DNA of 64,000 nucleotides from Octopus vulgaris (Eukaryota), in assembly GCA_951406725.2 (NCBI GenBank), contig OX597826.1:42904001-42968000 (forward strand). The letters run 5' to 3'. A model generated the notes under the pieces. The model worked only from the letters and a program-made list of their open reading frames with translations, had not been told where the DNA came from and searched no databases. Within the stretch, counting starts at the first letter, position 1, and every line of letters begins with the position of its first letter. The position numbers and the translations under genes were made by a program. This document shows, one piece after another, positions 12,491 through 24,345 of the stretch.

Positions 12491-14953
12491 GTCTTATAAA
12501 AAAAATTAACTTATTTTTTAGTTTTGTTCAATGCATGTTCTTCAATGCTAGCATGGGCTTAGTTGGGAGAAAAACCGAGGCAGAATTTTTTGGCTGGATG
12601 CTCTTCCTGATGCCAACCCATATCTGTTTTTCAAGTAAAAGGTTTTATTCAATCCAGAGCAATTTGAAGACACAGAGCCAGTGGATGATTTGTTGACAGG
12701 AAATGCTAACAAACACCATTAATTGTAGTCATTGTATGTAGCTAAAGCTCAGTGTAGTTTTGTAAACATTTACACAGATATACACACATGGTGGGCTTCT
12801 TTCAATTTCCACCAACTGAAATCTCTCACAAGCCTAAAGGAGAAGACACCTGCCCAAGATCCAGTGCAACAGGACTGAGACCACACCTATGTTGTTGACA
12901 AATTCCTAAACCATATCTTCTCCATTATTGACTATTTACAAACACAGTATGGAAACTAAAAAAATTCAGTATACCAAATTATATCATATTATATAAACAC
13001 ACATATGTTATACAAATATAAACAATATATATAACGTATTTGTGCGTGTATTCTTGCTTTAGAAAAGTCTGGTGAATATAATCCAAGATTTGAGTAAAAT
13101 GGCATAGGTATTGAGCTGACTGTAGTTTTTAGCTTCATTACACATAATCGGGTTCCACTTAGCTTAACTATTCCACTGAGAAAATTGCAACTTTTAGCTA
13201 GTAAAAAAAAAAAAAAGGAAAAACGCCAAAAGAAAAAAACACAAAACAAAATAAAAGCTTGCATATTGGTGTGAATTTGACAACTGTTATAAATTCTTTA
13301 TATAAAAACACCAGGGGAGCTGAAACGAAATTGTTACATAAAGTATATTTATCTATTTAAAACATATTCAGTGTTACTGTGCAATGAAGTTATTGACCAA
13401 ATGGTCTGGGAATTAGAACTCCTCTCACTCCAATATGTAAATCAGATTGTCCACCCATAGGTTAAGCAGCAATTTTTGCGCTTATTTTAGGATTTTATGG
13501 TTTTCTTAGCCACAGGCATAGCTGTGTGGTTGAAATGTTTGCCTCTCAACCTAGTAGTGGTTTTGAGTTCAGATTCACTGTACACTGTCTTCAGGAAATG
13601 TCTACTAATGTTCTACTACAGCACCAAGCCAGCCAAATTTTTGTGAGTGGAATTGATTGACAGAAACTGGAAGAGGGCCATTGTATAAATATGTATAGAC
13701 CCCCTTCGGTCATGAATGACAATGGGATTGCACCAAGGAAGTTCCTCTCTGAAGTACAAGTCTGGGCAAGGTTGTTTATGGAAGAGCAGCAGTCGACCAT
13801 GCATACCAGCTTCCCCTCTCCACGCCCCTAATGTTATCCAAGGGACAGGCAAAGGCTGATACTACTTGGCACCAGTGACTTTGCAATTCATTTCTACAGC
13901 TGAGTGAACTGGAGCATGGGGCCAGTTAGGCGGTACTGGCAACGACCTCGCTTGAATCTTTTACACATGCCACTGGCACAGGTGCCAGTAAGGTGATGCT
14001 GGTAATGATCACGTTCGAATGATGTCTTTTACGTGCCACCGGTACAGAGGCCAGATAGCCGCTCTGGCAATGATCATGCTCAGATGGTGCTCTTAACGCC
14101 CTTCTAGCACGGGGCTTGAGTGCCAGTAATGCAATGCTGGTAACGATCACACTCAAATGGTGCCTTTTAAGTGCCACATAATTCTATAAAGTGTATCATT
14201 ATTATTATAATAATTATTAAAAAAACAAAAAACTGCAGGCATGGTTGTATGGTTAAGAAACTTGTTTTGCAATCATGTTTTCAGGTTCAGTCCTACTGGG
14301 CAGCATCTTGGGACAAGCCCTGGGTTGACCAATGCTTTATGACTAAATTTGGTCAATAGAAACTGTATGGAAGCCTATTGTATATATGTGTGTCTTTGTT
14401 TCTGTTTGTCCCCCACCATTGCTTCACGATCAGTGCTGGTTTGTTTGCATTCCCATGACTAAGTTCGGCAAAAGAGCTCAACAGAATATCAGACATAAAA
14501 AAATCCCCCAAAATGATGTAGTGGGGGCAGAAAGCAATATCCCAGCATCGTCATCTAATGATTGAAACAAATAAGAGATAAAAGATAGTGTATATATATA
14601 AATCCTAATATTAGTATATAATTAGAACAGTATATAATGGTGGTGGTGGTGGTGAGGGGATATACATATTCTATAACGTATCATCATCATTTTAATGTCT
14701 GTTTTCCCATGCTTGTATGGGTTGGATGGAGTTTGTTGTGGCATATTTTCTATGACCTGATACCCTTCCTGTTGCCAACCCTCACCTGTTCCCAAGCAAG
14801 ATGATATTTCCTTGTGGTCAGACATGTTTTTGCAGACCACTGGACATGAATGACAGTGACTCTCATTTATTATTTTCATGTGATGTCAAGATATGGAGAT
14901 GCAAATACTTGCTGACACACACACACACACACAACAGGCTTCTTTCAGTTTCT

Positions 14954-15437
14954 TATTTCTTTACTGCCCACAAGGGGCTAAACATAGAGGGGACAAACAA
15001 GGACAGACAAACAGATTAAGTCGATTACATCGACCCCAGTGCGTAACTGGTACTTAATTTATCAACTCCGAAAGAGTGAAAGGCAAAGGTGACCTCGGCG
15101 GAATTTGAACTCAGAACGTAACAACAGACAAAATACCTATATCGTTACTGCCCACAAGGGGCTACACACAAAGGGGACAAACAAGGACAGACAAAGGGAT
15201 TAAATCGATTATATCGACCCCAGTGCGTAACTAGTACTTAATTTATTGACCCCTGAAAGGATGAAAGGCAAAGTTGACCTCAGCAGAATTTGAACTCAGA
15301 ATGTAACGGCAGACGAAATACAGCTAAGCATTTTGCCCAGTGTGCTAACGTTTCTACCAGCTCACTGCCTTTCAACGGCAAACGGAACACCGCTAAGCAT
15401 TTTGCCCGGCATGCTAACGTTTCTGCTAGTTCGCCAC
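14954..15437 (-). mobile_element. SINE family A composite (two heads, two bodies) nested in a SINE B copy
   Basis: 15 bp TSD cttctttcagtttct at 14939-14953 and 15438-15452. Confidence 0.85.
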
Positions 15438-16057
15438 CTTCTTTCAGTTTCTGGCAAAACAAATTTACTCACAAGGTTTTGATTGGCCTGGCACTGTAAT
15501 TAAAAAAAAACACTTGCCCAAGGTGTTATACAGTAGGGCTGAACCCAGAACCATGTGGTTGGAAAGCAAACTTTTTAGCCATACTGTACCTATATGAGCT
15601 GATAATATTTAAAAGATTGAGAATGAGGTAATTCAGCAAACAAAATAAATAAAATTATTGCACTTGAACAAGCATCTTATGCAATGTTTATTACTGAAGT
15701 GAAAAAATTAATTCTAAATACGGAGATATATATTCAGCCTTGCTCTAAAATAACTTTTGGTTTATATATCTCTGGAGGGAACATGTGGGCTTGACAACTG
15801 AAAGATTACAATTTTATTCAGCTCCAGTGCAGTCAGGGCCACTTAAACTTTCTCTCAATCAGATTAGATTCCCTCATGGGGTTATAACCACAAAATTATT
15901 TTACGGCAGCAAAAGATAAATACATATCAATACTAACTTTATTTCTGGTTAACCTTGCAACAAACATACATTTACACTTAAATAAATTAGTACACACACA
16001 CATACAAACAGTGCTTGTGTGTGCGTGTGTGTGTATGTATATGTATATATATATATA

Positions 16058-16337
16058 CCAGCATTGCCTTACTGGCACCTGTGCCATTGGCATGTGTAAA
16101 AAAAAAAAAAAAAAAATTTGAGCGAGGTTGTTGCCAGTGCCGCCTGACTGGCCCCTGTGCTGGTGGTACGTAAAAGCACCCACTATACTCTTGGAGTGGT
16201 TGGCGTTAGGAAGGGTATCCAGCTGTAGAAACTCTGCCAGATCAAGATTGGAGCCTGGTGCAGCCATCTGGTTCGTCAGCCCACAGTCAAACCCATGCTA
16301 GCATGGAAAGCGGATGTTAAACGATGATCATGATGAT
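16058..16337 (+). mobile_element. 3' end of RTE-clade LINE (family C) with (GAT)n tail
   Basis: ggttggcgttaggaagggtatcc...catggaaagcggatgttaaacgatgat; the same UTR is attached to RTE coding sequence at 48.7-49.8 kb. Confidence 0.7.
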
Positions 16338-16749
16338 ATATATGTGTGTGTGTTACTGTGTTGATCAGGCTCGGATGTTGTTATACATCGCTAGTCACAA
16401 TACATTTCCTTGCATTGTCACAGCATTTGAATGGCGTCACCTGGTGACAAGGTGGGCAAGCCAACATTACTCCTGAACAGAATGCCAATCCGTGGCAGAG
16501 TTATCCATTTACAACTGGGTAGACTGGACCAACATGAAATGAGGTGTTTTGCTAAAGAAGACAACACACCACCAGTGTGGGAATTGAAACCACAATCTGG
16601 TAATTATCAGTGCAACACTCTAACCACCAGTCCATGCATCTTCACACACACACATATATAGAAATACAGCTGTTGCTCACAAGCAAGTATGACATGGTAG
16701 CCTGTACTATGCTTTCACTATTTATTTTAGATGCTTATGTTGTTGTAAG

Positions 16750-17025
16750 CAGACATAGACAATCTCTTGGTCCTCCCATCCATTGACTCAAGGGAAGATC
16801 AAGGATGTGCAAGTTGGAGAGAGAAGAGGATGCAATGACAGTTGATGAGTTCAAATCCTGCTATATCATGGCATCTGACGTGGCTTTTTAAACCAAACAA
16901 TGTTTTAGAAAGACACCCACATAAATTGCATACCTGATTTGAACCACCAAGAGCTGCAGACCTCCTGGCATACATTGCACTCAAAGGTGTGCACAGACAT
17001 ATAAGCAGAATAGTTGGTGGAGGTT
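16750..17025 (-). mobile_element. 3' fragment of a second RTE-type LINE with a C-terminal C2H2 motif
   Basis: ORF contains CNLCGCLSKTLFGLKSHVRCH, like the terminal zinc finger of BovB/RTE proteins. Confidence 0.55.
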
Positions 17026-17229
17026 TGTTTATATATATATATATATACATATACACACACATAAATATATCTATTTATCTATATATATACACATATATAT
17101 ACATACACACATATATATACATATATACATACACACATATACATATATACATACACACATACATATATACATACACACATACATATATACATACACACAT
17201 ATATATATATATACATATACATACACATT

Positions 17230-17644
17230 GACTGGCCTCCGTGCTGAGGGCACGTAACAAACACCATCCGATCATGGCCATTCACCAGCCTCGAGGGCAC
17301 GTAACAAACACCATCCGAGCGTGGCCGTTCGCTAGCCTCGAGGGCACGTAATAAACACCATCTGAGCATGGCTGTTTGCCAGCCTCGTCTGGCACCTGTG
17401 TCGGTGGCACATAAAAACACCATCCGAGCGTGGCCGTCTGCCAGCCTCGCCTGGCACCTGTGTCGGTGGCACATAAAATCACCCACTACACTCTTGGAGT
17501 GGTTGGCGTTAGGAAGGGCATCCAGCTGTAGAAACACTGCCAGGTCTGACTGGCCTGGTGCAGCCTTCGAGCTTGCCAGACCCCAGTTGAACCGTCCAAC
17601 CCATGCTAGCATGGAAAGCGGACGTTAAACGATGATGATGATGA
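17230..17644 (+). mobile_element. Family C (RTE) 3' end with an internal GC-rich minisatellite
   Basis: Repeated ggcacgtaacaaacaccatccgagcgtggcc units followed by the family C terminus and (GAT)n. Confidence 0.75.
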
Positions 17645-18802
17645 TATATATACATATATACATAAAAATATATATATACATATATACATACATACATACA
17701 CATTCTTTATGATTCTGTAAATACACACACACACACATATATATATGTATACACACACACATACATATTCTTTATGATTCTGTAAATACACACACACACA
17801 CACATATATATATATATGTATACACACACACATACTACATATTCTTTATGATTCTGATTAGCCATAGTTCTAGCAATAACCATATGCTAAACCTCAATAT
17901 ACTTATCTTTCACAAACACATCATTCAAATGGTCCTGAGGAAGCTTTAAACTGGCACTTAACTCCAAAAGTACAATTCCTCATAGCAGAAACAACTGTAT
18001 GGTAAAGAAAATGACTACATAACACTTGTTCTGTCATTCATTAACACACACATACACACACACGTGTGTGTGTATATATGTGTATATAATTTAAGTGTAA
18101 AGCTACATAAGTCACATAGGGGTCAAGGTTTTTGTGTTTCATATGTTCAGATACAGCACATGAAACACTTGGTATTTGAACCACTAAGTTTTATTGCTAA
18201 ATAGGAAAAATATATGCTTTATATTTTAATATATTGAGTTATATTTCACCTGTTTGTACTACTACTTTGCAGAAATGAAGAAGAATGAAGATTATGAAGT
18301 CTAGGAAAAAGAAAATACCTATCATAGAATTCCAATCACATAAATGTTTTGATCTGAACTGAATCAGTTCACTGTGGCACCAAATTTCAAATCAAACTGT
18401 TTTAATTTTAATGCAACATCTCAAATTAAATTTCCTGCAGACAAGTACAACAAAGGAATTGCCTACAAAATATTGGTGACATAGTAACAAATAAGCGCTA
18501 GCTATCTTCATTTATTTACCAAATTGACTAACAGACTTCTGCTGTAGAGATGTTAGTGAAGATTAGTGAACAGGTTACTGATTTCAAGACTGAAGAAAGA
18601 ATTTAATACTGACAAATAATCATTTGTAATTTAGGCATACAGCAAGCCAGTTTAAGGAGAGGGGTTTAGTTGAGTACTTGGTGGCTGGTATTTCATTTTA
18701 TTAACCATGGAAGGATGAAAGTAAAGTTGCCCTCAAAATGTGAAGTGGTGGAACAAATATCATAGTTGCTATTCCACTGCCTAAATACTGATAAATAATG
18801 AT

Positions 18803-19301
18803 TACCGTAAATCCGCATTTTCCCCCCAAAATTTAAAGGTCAAAATCCCTAATGCGTACTATATACGAGGTTAAAAATGAAAATATTTCTAAGCAATGTT
18901 CGAGTCTCTATTTGCTGTCCGGCAATGTTTATTCAGACGCATTTTGTGATGTCAGGCTTGAAAATACCTTAAGCTAAGCCTGAAAGCAATGATGTCATAA
19001 AAGAATCATCCATAACTTGCAGTAAGCAACATTTATTAAACGTTATTACTGTTATTTCTTTATTTTCTGCAAACAAAATGCACAAAAAAGCTACACGTTT
19101 GCATTATGTTATATATACAATAATAATAAAGGATGTTATCGTATACATTTTTACAAACCAAGGACGTTGTATAGACCTCCTTGACTCAAGTTAGTGAGGG
19201 GGTGCATATTATACACAAGGTTTAGGTTTTTCAGAGGTACAGCCCCCTAAAAATCCCGTGTATTATTCTCAAGGGCAGACTATACTTGAGGATTTATGGT
19301 A
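18803..19301. mobile_element. pogo/Tc1-mariner-like MITE
   Basis: Termini TA-ccgtaaatcc and ggatttatgg-TA are inverted repeats with a TA target; no ORF. Confidence 0.65.
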
Positions 19302-20060
19302 TGTGAGTGCCTGTGTTTATTATAGGGTAACATGACACTTTAAAAATGCAGTATCTGTTCTAACACAGGGCTTCAGATCAAATCTAATGACAGAAATACA
19401 AAATAGAAATTTCTTTATCTTTTCTCTTTTACTTGTTTTAGATATTGGACTGCGGTCATGCTGGGAAACCGCCCTCAAGGACTGTCGAAGTATAATCATA
19501 CAAATCCTATCACCCCCGGTTCTTATTATTTTAAAGTCTGGTACTTTTTCTATCAGTTTCTTTTGCTGAATGTAAACAAACCAACATCAGTCATTAAGTG
19601 ATGGGATGGGCACAAACACAAACTCAAAGACACACACACACACACACAATGAGCTTCTACCCAATTTCTGTTTACCAGCATTGGTTGGCTTGAAGCTATA
19701 GTAGAAGATACTTCTTCCAGGTGTTGTGCAATGGGACTGAACCTGAAATCACGTGGTTGTAAAGCGAGATTCATAAGCATACAGCTATGACTGTGCCAAT
19801 TCATTTCTCTTTAAAATATTTACGGTGCTCAGTTCTGAGAGTTATTGTATTCTTAATTTGAAAAACTATTGTCTCCTGATGCCACTTAATTATTCAAATA
19901 TTATGCATTAACAAATATATAAAACAGGAAATAAAATAATTTACAAATAGATAAATAAATAAATACATAAATAAACAAAATATAAGGCTGGATGCTGAAA
20001 ATAAGCTATATTTATTTTACAAATTTCCAATAGCATTTCAATAAAAGGCTGTTTACATAC

Positions 20061-20404
20061 CTGTTCAAAATCAAGGCTTGATTTCAGTGTAAAAGTTCCT
20101 GTTCTTGGATCAAGATGAAAAACATCCTTTCCCCAGTCTGTTAACAAATGATAGGAGACAGTTCCGTTAGGGCCATCGTCCGGATCTTGGGCAAGTATGC
20201 TGCCTATAGTTGAGTTGATTGGCAGATCTTCTAAGAGATCAAACGTATAAATGGACTTGTTAAATTTAGGGACATTATCGTTGATATCAAGTATGTTTAT
20301 TTGCACCATAGCTGTAGCAGAATGGACACCATCAAATGCAGACAAATGCAGGTTGTAGCGAGGCATTCTTTCTCGATCCAAATGGTTTCGTAATGACAAG
20401 ATTC
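20061..20404 (-). CDS. FAT4: Internal exon (second in window) of the Fat/FAT4-like cadherin
   Basis: Acceptor ttttattttcaaag and donor CAG|gtatgt; 344 nt, phase 1 to 0, matching both neighbours. Motifs LDRE, DINDN, AQDPD, LDFE. TDWGKDVFHLDPRTGTFTL resembles Drosophila Fat (recalled, not searched). Confidence 0.93.
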
Positions 20405-21196
20405 CTTTGAAAATAAAAATAGGATTGATAATATAATAAAATCAAAAAGATGAAGAATACAAAAAAAAAAAAAATGGTTAAAATATACGAATTAGTCATA
20501 ATATGAAATACAATTGTTTCATCATTTTCATAAGTAAACTAACATATTTTATAAATAATTTCTCTGTTGTTGTTAAGCCCCTCAGCAAGTAGACTCATAA
20601 TCAAAGAGATTCCAGTTATGGCTATCCCATATTTTTTTAAGGGAATTATCATCATTCATACCCTCCTCATAATTTAATGTCTGTTTTCCAAGCTGGTAGG
20701 CTTTACAGTTGGATAGAATCTGGTGAGTCACACAGCTGCATTATTTCCATGGCTGGATACCCTTCCTAATGCCAACCACTTTACAATGTGTAGTGGGTGC
20801 ATTTTTTTGTGCTACCAGCACCAGTGGGGTTGCTAAGTAATTTACAGGACAGGAAAGAACAAGGAGGGAAAAATGAGAAAAGGGGAAAAAGCTGCCTTAC
20901 TAAGTGGGGATGCATCTGAGAGGATGGAGAGGAGATTTTATGTCAGGGACTAGCAGAGGTACCTTGCAATGGAGAAGTTACATGGTTACACAACATTTGG
21001 AAGCATGGAAAAGTGGGTGTTGAAAAGGTAATATATATATATATCACGTGATCACGTGACCGACCAGACCATCAGATGTTGTTACACATCGCTGGTCACA
21101 ATGCGTTCGCATTGTTTTAGCCTTCGAATGACGCCACCCCGCTGGCTAAGCGAGCAGGCCAAGATAAAAGATCTCTCTCTCTCTATATATATATAT

Positions 21197-21384
21197 ATTT
21201 ATTATATAGAAGGAGCTTCTACAGGACTAGAACTGTTTCATTCAAGAGAAATCTTCAGGAAGATTTCTCTTGAATGAAACAGTTCTAGTCCTGTAGAAGC
21301 TCCTTCTATATAATAAATTAATTTTACTCTGCTATGTATTGAGTACCTTATTTACTGTGGTTAACCCCGACTCAACCCGGGACC

Positions 21385-21386
<2 letters not shown>
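21197..21386. mobile_element. Second Penelope-like pseudo-LTR remnant: perfect hairpin with hammerhead core in (TA)n
   Basis: 60 bp perfect arms (21197-21256, 21259-21318). Minus strand reads CTGAAGA-tttctcttgaat-GAAAC-agttcta-GTC. AATAAA and a ttactct...tattgagtac tail as in the 23.3 kb element. Confidence 0.6.
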
Positions 21387-21456
<70 letters not shown>

Positions 21457-22558
21457 TCTTTTATTTTTTACTGTGGCTATGCTGGGGCACAGCCTAGAGG
21501 AAGTTTTATTTGAATAAATAGGCCCCAGTACTTATTTTTTATTTTTTTAAACCCTAGTATCTATTCTGTTGGTCTCTTTTGCCAAACCACTAAATTACAG
21601 GGATGTAAACAAACCAACACTGGTTGCCAAACAGTGTTGGTTTGTTTGTGTGTGTGTGTGTATGTGTGACAGGCTTCTTTCAGCTTTCGTCCACCAAATC
21701 CACTCACAAGGCTTTGGTTGACCTGGGAACTATAGAAGAAGATAATTGCCCAAGGTGCCACACAGGGGAACTGAACCTGAAACCATGTGGTTGGGAAGCA
21801 AACTTCTTACCATGCAGCCAAAGATCTTGCAAGTCTTAAAAAAAAAAAAAAAAAAAAAGAAAGCAGAGACGGAGTGGTCATTTATGGAACATTTCACTTG
21901 AAATTAATCTGAAGCAGCAAGAATTTTGAGAAGAACGAGTCTTAATTTGAAAAGTATGAAGGTCAAAATATCTAAAAGCATCAGGGACTGTGTGAAGAAT
22001 GTAGGATATGGGAAACAACTCAATAACTGTGTAGGTAGTACAATTAACAGGTCATACGATGTATGGTAAAGATTCTCAGGTAAGCCGACAAGAAACCAAC
22101 ACTTAGCTACAAGCGAGTATCAAGCAATTATGGGAAGAAATTTAAAAGAAAACTGCTGTTTTTCTTGGCACTATTTTTTTTGTTTGTTTGTTAAAATAAA
22201 TAAATAAATAAATAAATGAATGAAGATGATGTACTGCATATACAAGAAATATGTGTTATGGGTAATAATGGTAGATTTTTAGCTGCTGGAGAGAATTAAG
22301 TTCAAGATGATTATTAAAGATTGGAAAAAAAAATATTGGGTGTTAGAGGCATTAGCTATTAAATGTAAGAGAGATGACAGCTTGTATAGGTATTCAATCT
22401 GATGCATGCTGTGTAAGAAAATGGTGTGAAATAGTGTGAGTGTCTACAAGCATGAGAAGTAAGCCAAAGAAAACACACGATGAAGTAATTACATAGAAGT
22501 TCAGAAGGACAGTTATCAGAGATTTCAGCATCGTAAAAGAAAAAAAAAAAAAGAAGAG

Positions 22559-22599
<41 letters not shown>

Positions 22600-22905
22600 T
22601 TGCAAACTGATGGCAACTGCGATAAGTATACGAAACCATATAGCACAGCAGACTGGTTTTTTTTTTGTGTGCGTATGTTTGAGTGTGGGTGGGTTGGTTT
22701 GAATAAAAAAAAACAAAAAAACAAAACAAAAAACAAAAACAAAAACTGCATTATGAACACACACACACACACACACACATTTAGGTTCGATGGAGTGAAC
22801 ATGATAAATGGAACTCAATACATGAGTATGTATTCTTATAATTTTTAATTTTCAGAAAGTTACAAAAGTGACTCAAGGACTGAGAGTTTCATGCAACTTT
22901 TTGTG

Positions 22906-23299
22906 AGGAGTGGCTGTGTGGTAAATAGCTTGCTTACCAACCCCATGGTTCCGGGTTCAGTCCCCACTGCGTGGCACCTTGGGCAAGTGTCTTCTACTAT
23001 AGCCTTGGGCCGACCAAAGCCTTGTAAATGGATTTGGTAGACAGAAACTGAAAAGAGCCCGTCGTATATATGTGTGTGTATATATATATATATATATAAG
23101 TGTGTGTTTGTCCCTTCAACATCACTTGACAACCAATGCTGGTGTGTTTACGTCCCTGTAACTTAGTGGTTCGGCAAAAGAAACCAATAGAATAAGTCCA
23201 AGGCTTACAAAGGATAAGTCCTGGCATCGATTTGCTTGACTAAAGGCAGTGCCCCAGCATGGCCACAATCAAATGACTGAAACAAGTAAAAGACTAAAA

Positions 23300-23300
<1 letters not shown>
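22906..23300 (+). mobile_element. SINE family B, full length
   Basis: High identity to 11473-11890. Confidence 0.85.
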
Positions 23301-23331
<31 letters not shown>

Positions 23332-23337
<6 letters not shown>

Positions 23338-23557
23338 TAAAAGCAGCAGAGAATTCAACAAAACCTGTTACTCTGAGTTTCACATTCCCGTTCGTCAGTT
23401 TTTTCTAGCAAAAACTGTCTGACGAACGGGAATGTGAAACTCAGAGTAACAGGTTTTCTTAAATTTTCTGCTGCTTTTAAATAAAGCATATTATTCTACC
23501 CCTGGTATTTGAGTACTCTTTTTTCCACCTTGTTTCACATTTATGTGTTTACTCCAG
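23332..23557 (+). mobile_element. Penelope-like pseudo-LTR remnant (inverted repeat with hammerhead motifs) in (TA)n
   Basis: ~67 bp inverted arms (23332-23398, 23419-23485), AATAAA at the arm end, a unique tail, and TA repeats on both flanks. Confidence 0.65.
23411..23457 (+). ncRNA. Minimal type I hammerhead ribozyme motif
   Basis: aaaactgt-CTGACGA-acg(ggaa)tgt-GAAAC-tcaga-GTA-acaggtttt: complete core, stem I ctgt/acag, short stem II, near-palindromic stem III ACTC-A-GAGT, GUA cleavage triplet. Confidence 0.8.
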
Positions 23558-23584
23558 GATATATATATACATACACACACACAC

Positions 23585-23917
23585 TGATGGAATTTGTGGA
23601 AGATGGAGACCCAAGAAGACATGAGATGAAGTATTGAAAACTGATCTCAAGACACTGAGCCTTACGAAGGAGATAACAAAGGATTAAGATATCCAGCACC
23701 TTGCTCTACTCAAGAAGAATTGATACTGGTGCTGGAGGAACATAAAAAATACCCAGTGCACTCTATGGAGAGGTTGGCTTCAGGAGGGACATCCAACCAT
23801 AGAAAGCATGCTAAAACAGACAGTGGAGCCTGGTGCTGGCCCCTGACCTCACCAGCTCTGGTCACACTGCCTGACCCATGCTAGCATGAAAGCAGAAGTT
23901 AAATGATGATGATGATG
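23585..23917 (+). mobile_element. RTE LINE 3' fragment (coding end plus family C UTR)
   Basis: Translation DGICGRWRPKKT*DEVLKTDLKTLSL followed by the (GAT)n-tailed UTR. Confidence 0.7.
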
Positions 23918-23939
23918 AAATATATGTGAGTGTGTTTAG

Positions 23940-24098
23940 GTGCAGGCATAGCTGTGTGGTAAGAAGCTTGTTCCCAAGTCACATGGTCTTGGGTTCAGTT
24001 CCACTGCATGGCACCTTGGGCAAGTGTCTTCTACTATAGCCTTGGGCTGACCAAAGACTTGCGAGTGGGTTTGGTAGATGAAAACTGAAAGAAGCATG

Positions 24099-24153
<55 letters not shown>

Positions 24154-24345
24154 TTGTTTGTCCCCCCACCATCGCTTGACAACTGGTGTTTGTGTGTTTG
24201 TGTCCCATAACCTGGAGGTTCAACAAAAGAGACTGATAGGCTTAAAAAAATAAGTACTGGGATTGATTCATTTGACTAAAAATTCAAGGCAGTGCCCTAG
24301 CGTGGCCACAGTCTAATGACAGAAACAAGTAAAAGATAAGAGATA
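23940..24345 (+). mobile_element. SINE family B
   Basis: Head, CORE-like body, TG microsatellite and tail. Confidence 0.8.

Noticed and set aside
16799-17062. C2H2 zinc-finger ORF as a host gene
   Set aside because: A single finger with no linker or splice context; it fits an RTE LINE C-terminus better.
17230-17480. Regularly spaced repeats resembling a CRISPR array
   Set aside because: Eukaryotic context, no unique spacers and no cas genes; it is a minisatellite within a LINE UTR.
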